A DNA stretch of 32,000 nucleotides from Promethearchaeota archaeon (GTDB lineage: Archaea > Asgardarchaeota > Lokiarchaeia > Sigyniarchaeales > SOKP01). Of this stretch, positions 26,376 to 32,000 are shown one piece after another. The stretch lies in the NCBI GenBank assembly GCA_030606485.1, contig JAUWGH010000007.1, positions 180,001-212,000 of the forward strand, in the 5' to 3' direction. How positions within the stretch are numbered: the stretch's first letter is position 1; every line of letters begins with the position of its first letter. Both the position numbers and the translations under genes were made by a program. The notes beneath the pieces were generated by a model that worked only from the letters and a program-made list of their open reading frames with translations, did no database searches and had not been told where the DNA came from.

Positions 26376-27569
26376 TTATAACTTTTCATAACGGAAGTCT
26401 CCATAAGGTGTAACTATCTCTAAATTATTACGTTCTTTTGCCTTTTCGCAATGGCCAATAATCTTTGCATCTAAGTTAAAATTTTTAGAAATCTTAATTA
26501 TTTCCTCTGCAGTGCTTTCATCAGTCATTAATTCCATACGATGACCCATGTTGAACACTTGAAACATTTCTTTCCAATGAGTTTTAGATGAATCTTGAAT
26601 TATCTTAAAAATCGGAGGGATCTCAAACAAATTATCTTTAACGTAATTTATCTTCTTGCCAAAATTAAGACATTTTGTCTGCCCTCCGCCGGTATTATGA
26701 ATAATTCCATGAATTTTTTTTCGATAATTTTTGAAAATCTCAATTATAACTGGAGTATAAGTTCTAGTAGGAGACAATAAAGATTTTCCGATTGAAAAGG
26801 GTAAGTTTTCTACTCTATCTGTAATTTTATGCTTACCAAAAAAGATATTTCTTTCATCTAAATTCTCGTCATAACATTCAGGATATTTTTCATAATATTC
26901 ATGACTCAATGTTCCATGTCTTGCGAGGGTCAATCCATTACTACCAATACCACTATTATATTCTTTTTCGTAATTGCATTTTCCATAACTGGCTAATCCA
27001 ACAATAAAATCATTGGGTTGAATATTACTTGCATCAATTACGTCCTTTTTTCTCAAAGTAGTAAAAACGGAAACACCTACAACCAAGGTTTTTATGATAT
27101 CACCAATATCTTCAGTTTCTCCACCACATGTAATAATGGGTTGTCCAAATGTTGTCAATTTTCGAGAAAAATTCTCTATCTCGTTAATTAATATTGAGAG
27201 GATTTCACCAGTAATTAATTTTTTATTTCTCCCAATTGTATTTGATAAAATGATTTTATCATTTACTCCCACGCATAATAAGTCATCAATATTCATAACT
27301 ATTGCATCCTGGACTACATCCTTAAAAATAGAAATATCTCCTGTTTCTTTATAATAAAGATATGCAAGATTTGTTTTTGTTCCAGCACTATCTGAATGAA
27401 ATATCGAACAATAATCTTCTCTACCAGCAATATCCTCTACTATTTTGCAAAAAGCTCCGGGATATAAACCCTTATCGATATCCTTTATTGCTTGGTGCAG
27501 TTCTTTTTTTTCAGCTGAAACTCCCAATTTCGAATAAATACTCGGCTCTTTATCGTCCATATTCATCAA
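26376..27569 (-). CDS. purM: phosphoribosylformylglycinamidine cyclo-ligase (AIR synthase)
   Basis: YSKLGV, DSAGTK, MNIDDLLCVG, GGETED, GIGSNGLTLARH, LLSPTRTY, HNTGGG, VFNMGHRM; start could be 27569, 27566 or 27560. Confidence 0.88.
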   Translation of the reverse strand: MMNMDDKEPSIYSKLGVSAEKKELHQAIKDIDKGLYPGAFCKIVEDIAGREDYCSIFHSDSAGTKTNLAYLYYKETGDISIFKDVVQDAIVMNIDDLLCVGVNDKIILSNTIGRNKKLITGEILSILINEIENFSRKLTTFGQPIITCGGETEDIGDIIKTLVVGVSVFTTLRKKDVIDASNIQPNDFIVGLASYGKCNYEKEYNSGIGSNGLTLARHGTLSHEYYEKYPECYDENLDERNIFFGKHKITDRVENLPFSIGKSLLSPTRTYTPVIIEIFKNYRKKIHGIIHNTGGGQTKCLNFGKKINYVKDNLFEIPPIFKIIQDSSKTHWKEMFQVFNMGHRMELMTDESTAEEIIKISKNFNLDAKIIGHCEKAKERNNLEIVTPYGDFRYEKL

Positions 27570-27587
27570 ATGTTATATTGCCTAAAT

Positions 27588-28940
27588 TTATTTTGTGATC
27601 TTATACTTTTCTCTTAAATATTTTATGAGATTTTCAACTTGGGTTATGGCAGTTCCTAAATATTTTTCTGGAGTTAATAATTTATCCAATTCTTTATTTG
27701 AAAATTTTGATTTTACTTCATGAATTTCCATGAAGACTTCTTTAAGTGATTTATCATCTTTTCTCGCTTTAATAATCATTTTTCTTAATAATTCATGAGC
27801 ATCTTGCCTTCCAATTCCTCTTTTAACAAGTTCAACCATTATCCTTTCAGCTAATATGGCACCCCTTGTTAAATGAAGGTTTTTTTTAATATTTTGTTCA
27901 TTTATTTCCAAATTTCTTAAATTCTGTTCCAATTGGGAAAGGATAAAATCTAAAAAGATGAAATTTTCAGAGATTATTACTCTTTCTGAGGCAGAATTTG
28001 TCATATCTCTCTCATCCTCTAATACCATATTATCTAATGCAACAATCGTATTAGATTTAATTACCCTTCCCAAACTACATATTCTTTCAGATTTATAAGG
28101 ATTTCGCTTATGTGGCATTGTAGAGCTCCCAACTTGTGTATCTTTCTTGAATGGTTCATACATTTCTCCAATTTCAGTTCTCTGAAGTATTCTAAATTCT
28201 CTTGCAATTTTACTACAAGTACCTGCTATTAATGCAGTTAATAATATGGTTTCAGCGATTCTATCTCTCTGTATTACTTGATTTGCAATTAAAACCGGCT
28301 CTAGTTTTAATTGTTGCATAACTTCTTGTTGTATTTTAAATCCTTTATCTCCAAAACTTGCCATTGTTCCAACTGCACCAGACATTTTTCCATATTGAAT
28401 TCTATCTCTCACTTGTTTAAGACGATCTAAATGTCTACTAAATTCATAAGCCCAAACTCCAAATCTCATACCATATGTAGTTGGTGTAGCATGTTGGCCG
28501 TGAGTTCGACCAATACAAATTAATTTTTTTTTCTGTTCTGCAAGATTTGTTAAAGTTTTTAAAATTTTCAAAATTGATCCTTCTAAATAATTTAATGCGT
28601 CTTTTATTTGAAGGGCTGTTGCGGTATCCTCTGTATCATAACTAGTAGCACCTAAATGAATATAATTTCCAGCATTCCCTTCACACTGCTCTTCAAGTGC
28701 TTTAACCATTGCCATTAGATCATGATGAATCTCTTTATCAATTTCTTTAACTCTTTCAACCTTTACAAATTGAATCTTAGCTTTACGTTCAATTTCCTCT
28801 GCTGCATCAGCTGGAATATTTCCTAATTTTGCGTGAGCTTTAGCTAACGCAGCCTCCACTTTTAACCAATATTGCAATTTACTTTCTTCATTAAAGATTT
28901 GGGATATTGGTGTATTATACCGAATAAACGGACTCTCCAT
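27588..28940 (-). CDS. purB: adenylosuccinate lyase
   Basis: HLGATSYD, GRTHGQHATPTTYG, GAVGT, fumarate-lyase signature GSSTMPHKRNP. Confidence 0.95.
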   Translation of the reverse strand: MESPFIRYNTPISQIFNEESKLQYWLKVEAALAKAHAKLGNIPADAAEEIERKAKIQFVKVERVKEIDKEIHHDLMAMVKALEEQCEGNAGNYIHLGATSYDTEDTATALQIKDALNYLEGSILKILKTLTNLAEQKKKLICIGRTHGQHATPTTYGMRFGVWAYEFSRHLDRLKQVRDRIQYGKMSGAVGTMASFGDKGFKIQQEVMQQLKLEPVLIANQVIQRDRIAETILLTALIAGTCSKIAREFRILQRTEIGEMYEPFKKDTQVGSSTMPHKRNPYKSERICSLGRVIKSNTIVALDNMVLEDERDMTNSASERVIISENFIFLDFILSQLEQNLRNLEINEQNIKKNLHLTRGAILAERIMVELVKRGIGRQDAHELLRKMIIKARKDDKSLKEVFMEIHEVKSKFSNKELDKLLTPEKYLGTAITQVENLIKYLREKYKITK

Positions 28941-29108
28941 TTTATTTCCACGAAAATCTTGTATTTTTCTTTTAATTTATTTAAATATTACCTTTTTAAA
29001 AAAATGATATTTATTTACGTCGTAATAACTTAATAAATATTTTAATTCGAATTTAGATTATATTTTATAAGAAGTTATGAAAATATTAAAGGAAAATGGT
29101 TAAGGGTA

Positions 29109-29762
29109 TTGCCTAAGAAAGAACTTAAAAAAATGAAAATTGACGAGATAACTCAATATTTCATGAATAAAACTACAAAACAAAATATGAAACTTATTAG
29201 AGCAATAGGTCACCTTATCATTGAGGATTTTGAAGAGTTTGAAAAAGATTTAAAATACGTTATTGAGACCAAAAAAGAAGAAGAAATTAAGAGAGCATTT
29301 GAATCAAAAATCTGGAAAAGCAAGATGATGTTCTCTAAAGCAGATAGAGTGCTAGTTTTTAATAGAATTAATAAAATTAGGGATTTTGGTGAAATTTTAG
29401 CGCGTAAAATGTTGCTTTATCGAGTTGTTTTTCCTGACGAGCAATTTAAAAATGATATTAAAGAAATTCTTGAATTACTAAAAACCGTCCTTCTTGATTT
29501 AGCTTCAGCAGTAAAATCGATTGGGAAAGATTTAGAACATTCATATGAAGTGTCTCAAAAAATAAAAAATGAACATTTAAAACTTAGGAATAAAGCATGG
29601 GAACTTTTAAGTAAATTATATAACTATGAAATGGACTTTCTTAGCCGAACATTTTTATATTTAAAGGATTTAATTGAAGGTATCGTAATTTTAGCAGATG
29701 TGGCAGAAAATTTCGCAGGATATCTGCAATTTTTAGCAACCAAATACTTAATTTTTGAATAA
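29109..29762 (+). CDS. divergent DUF47/PhoU-like helical-bundle protein
   Basis: All-helical duplicated pattern ending in ILADVAENFAG; directly upstream of a PiT gene; TTG start. Confidence 0.6.
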   Translation: MPKKELKKMKIDEITQYFMNKTTKQNMKLIRAIGHLIIEDFEEFEKDLKYVIETKKEEEIKRAFESKIWKSKMMFSKADRVLVFNRINKIRDFGEILARKMLLYRVVFPDEQFKNDIKEILELLKTVLLDLASAVKSIGKDLEHSYEVSQKIKNEHLKLRNKAWELLSKLYNYEMDFLSRTFLYLKDLIEGIVILADVAENFAGYLQFLATKYLIFE

Positions 29763-29787
29763 TTAGCCTAATTGGAGGATCTATTTT

Positions 29788-30810
29788 TTGGAATTAACTT
29801 CAATATTAGTCATAATTTTAGTAATTATGGGTATAACCCTAGCATTTTCTATTGGCGCTAATGACGAAACTCTATCTGCTTTAGTTGGTGCAAATATTAC
29901 TAAATTTAAAATAGCATTAATTATAGGGGGAATTGCTACAGGAGCTGGGATGATTTTCTTAAGTGGAGGTGTGGGTAAAATGGTTGGAGAAAATATTCTA
30001 GGGGAGGGAATAGAATATACTACTTTTATGTTATTATCCGTTTTGATAAGCAGTATAATTTGGTTGATTATTGGGAGTTTTTCTGGAATACCTTTGAGCT
30101 CTACACATAGTACCATAGGAAGTATATTTGGTGTAATACTTGTTTTTTCTCTTTTTCAGGGAGACGTTGACCCAACAACTGCTCTCAATTATGAGATATT
30201 AAGTAGTGTGGTCATAAGTTGGTTTTTATCTCCAATATTTGGTTTTCTCTTTACTTATCTTTTATTCAAAATTATCTCCAAATTTTTTTTATCACGTTTA
30301 AAAGGTATGAATCAAATTGAAAAATCAGAAAAAAGTTTTTCATGGTTATTACTAATTGCAGTTATTTTTGCTGAAATCTGGGTTGGAGCTAATTCTGCAG
30401 AATGTATTGGAATTTTTCATGCGCTTTGGAGTAATGGTTCATTAACTTTAATAGAAAAAGATTTTTTCGTTGTAATTTGTGGAATTTTTGTCTTTCTGGG
30501 AATTTTTATCGCAGGAAGATATGTAATAAAAAATTTAGCCAGCCAAATGACTGATGCACGACCATGCGAGGGTTTTATCATTCAAATATCATCATCGATT
30601 ATTTTAATGATATGTACCTTATTGTCTTTACCTATTTCACACAGTCATGTTATTGTATTTTGTATTTTAGGTTTAAACCTAGCTCAAAAACGTGAAATAG
30701 ATTACAGAAGTTTAGGTAAAATGGCAATTTACTGGGTTTTAACTTTTTTTATAGCCGGTATTCTCGGTGGTATGATATATATGGGATTTTTATCAGTAAG
30801 CTTAATATAA
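29788..30810 (+). CDS. PiT-family inorganic phosphate transporter
   Basis: AFSIGAND, GIPLSSTHSTIG, GANS, PISHSH; TTG start with GGAGGA SD at 29774-29779. Confidence 0.88.
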   Translation: MELTSILVIILVIMGITLAFSIGANDETLSALVGANITKFKIALIIGGIATGAGMIFLSGGVGKMVGENILGEGIEYTTFMLLSVLISSIIWLIIGSFSGIPLSSTHSTIGSIFGVILVFSLFQGDVDPTTALNYEILSSVVISWFLSPIFGFLFTYLLFKIISKFFLSRLKGMNQIEKSEKSFSWLLLIAVIFAEIWVGANSAECIGIFHALWSNGSLTLIEKDFFVVICGIFVFLGIFIAGRYVIKNLASQMTDARPCEGFIIQISSSIILMICTLLSLPISHSHVIVFCILGLNLAQKREIDYRSLGKMAIYWVLTFFIAGILGGMIYMGFLSVSLI

Positions 30811-30902
30811 AAAGGAAAATGATTTAATTGAGTGAGAAAATTATTTATGAATGAATTTATTTAAATTTAAATTGTGAAAAGGAAAAAAAAACGGGAAAAA
30901 AA

Positions 30903-31580
30903 ATGGGTTATTTAATTGAATATTTCAAGCAACGAACCGCTGAAAATGCAATAGAAAAAGCAAATACTCATGCAAAAACGGCTCAACAATGTGTATTTGA
31001 ATTAAAAAAAGGATTCAATGCTCTTTTAATCGAAAAAGATTATGATAAAGCAGAAAAGATTTTCAAAAATGTAGATAAAATTGAAAGTGATGCAGATGTT
31101 CTTAGGAGAGAGATATTAGAAGATATTTCAAAAGGTGAATTAAATCCTAATGTCCGTATGGATCTCTCTCATTTAGTTAAAAGAATAGATGATATCGCAA
31201 ATTGTTCGAATGGGGTTGGTAGGCGTATTAATACAATATCAAAAGAATTTTGGGAGAATTGTAGTCAGGAATCCATAGATTATATAATTCAAATAATTGA
31301 TAAAACTGTAGAATGTGCAGAACTTTTGGATGATCTTTTAGATGCTCTGATTAAATCCCGGGAAAAAGTAAAAGATATTGCAATCAAAATCAATAAAATG
31401 GAACATGAAGTTGATGTTTTAAATCTTAAATTAAGCGAGAGCCTTCAAAAAACCGACTTTAAAATTAACATTTTTACTGGTTTTTTGATTGCTGATACAC
31501 TTAATATTTTAGAAGCAATATCAGACTCGATTGAAGAAGTCGCAGATTATATATTACTTTTAACAGTTTCAAAAAAATAA
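30903..31580 (+). CDS. DUF47-family phosphate transport regulator
   Basis: IESDAD.LRR, RIDDIAN, MEHEVD and ISDSIEEVAD acidic repeats. Confidence 0.88.
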   Translation: MGYLIEYFKQRTAENAIEKANTHAKTAQQCVFELKKGFNALLIEKDYDKAEKIFKNVDKIESDADVLRREILEDISKGELNPNVRMDLSHLVKRIDDIANCSNGVGRRINTISKEFWENCSQESIDYIIQIIDKTVECAELLDDLLDALIKSREKVKDIAIKINKMEHEVDVLNLKLSESLQKTDFKINIFTGFLIADTLNILEAISDSIEEVADYILLLTVSKK

Positions 31581-31646
31581 TCTGGAAAATTATAAATCCA
31601 TTACTCTTTTTAAATTATTAAACATCTCTGTTCTATTAGTAATAGA

Positions 31647-31889
31647 ATGGTTTATAGAACGAGATATTTCTTCTTTAGATGCATCAATTGTGGCGAATAC
31701 TATTATACTACTAAAATTATTAAGAGAAAAAAATGCGTTAAATGTCATAAATCATTTTCCTTTGAAAAAGCTTCAAAATTTTCTCAAAAATGTTCCATAA
31801 AAGAAGCTATACTAATAATTAAGGAAAAAAAAAAGAATCAATATTTATTTAGATTTAAGAAAGATAATCATAAAAAAAATATTATATAA
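31647..31889 (+). CDS. small zinc-ribbon protein (DUF1922-like)
   Basis: FRCINCGEYYY...KKCVKCHKSF. Confidence 0.7.
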   Translation: MVYRTRYFFFRCINCGEYYYTTKIIKRKKCVKCHKSFSFEKASKFSQKCSIKEAILIIKEKKKNQYLFRFKKDNHKKNII

Positions 31890-32000
31890 GACTTTTTATA
31901 ACTTTATTGATTAGGCATTTCTTTTTTCTTTTATTAGTATTCATTTTATTTTAATGAACCAAAGGAATTCTCATATCGATTTTTTCTTGATTTAATTTTT

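Noticed and set aside
4717-30116. Short overlapping ORFs in the track (4717, 5275, 8204, 10969, 11374, 16197, 16835, 17040, 20263, 21854, 25713, 26595, 27094, 27362, 29781)
   Set aside because: All lie antisense to, or nested over, well-supported genes and have no motifs; they are shadow ORFs
31890-32000. Possible 3' end of a minus-strand gene entering from the right edge
   Set aside because: Too short and low-complexity to support a call
1-32000. CRISPR arrays, IS elements, integrases, prophage, rRNA/tRNA genes, selenocysteine or pyrrolysine read-through
   Set aside because: No spaced repeats, transposase or integrase motifs, terminal inverted repeats, cloverleaf structures or genes split by an in-frame TGA/TAG were seen by eye; the housekeeping genes appear full length

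Overview
A very AT-rich, gene-dense archaeal chromosomal segment. It is most likely Asgard/Lokiarchaeia; this is an inference from archaeal FEN1, aIF5A, CDC48, SRP54, ZPR1 and TrmY-like genes plus a roadblock/LC7 protein and a STAS/SEC14-like protein. Left to right it holds: a 4-subunit 2-oxoacid:ferredoxin oxidoreductase operon (transcribed gamma-delta-alpha-beta, beta cut by the left edge), ZPR1, a PPi-type phosphofructokinase, a divergent glycerophosphodiesterase/glycerol-kinase-like pair, a repeat-built membrane protein, an orphan HerA-like ATPase, CDC48, FEN1, NAD kinase, aIF5A, SRP54, TrmY-like/pyrC/AMMECR1, a NikR-like regulator, nadC, an alpha/beta hydrolase, a roadblock protein, a YfcE/Vps29-like phosphoesterase, a CPBP protease, DUF998, purM/purB, and a DUF47-PiT-DUF47 phosphate module. 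I found no mobile element, CRISPR array, tRNA or rRNA. The best unexplained signal is a 58-nt, 57% GC hairpin with a consensus-matching kink-turn in otherwise near-pure A/T DNA just upstream of srp54. Also notable are a roadblock gene whose reading frame extends 51 codons upstream of the called ATG with no canonical start, and several paralogs (TrmY, NikR, PiT, DUF47, YfcE) with eroded catalytic or ligand motifs. Family calls come from motif recognition by eye; no searches were run.
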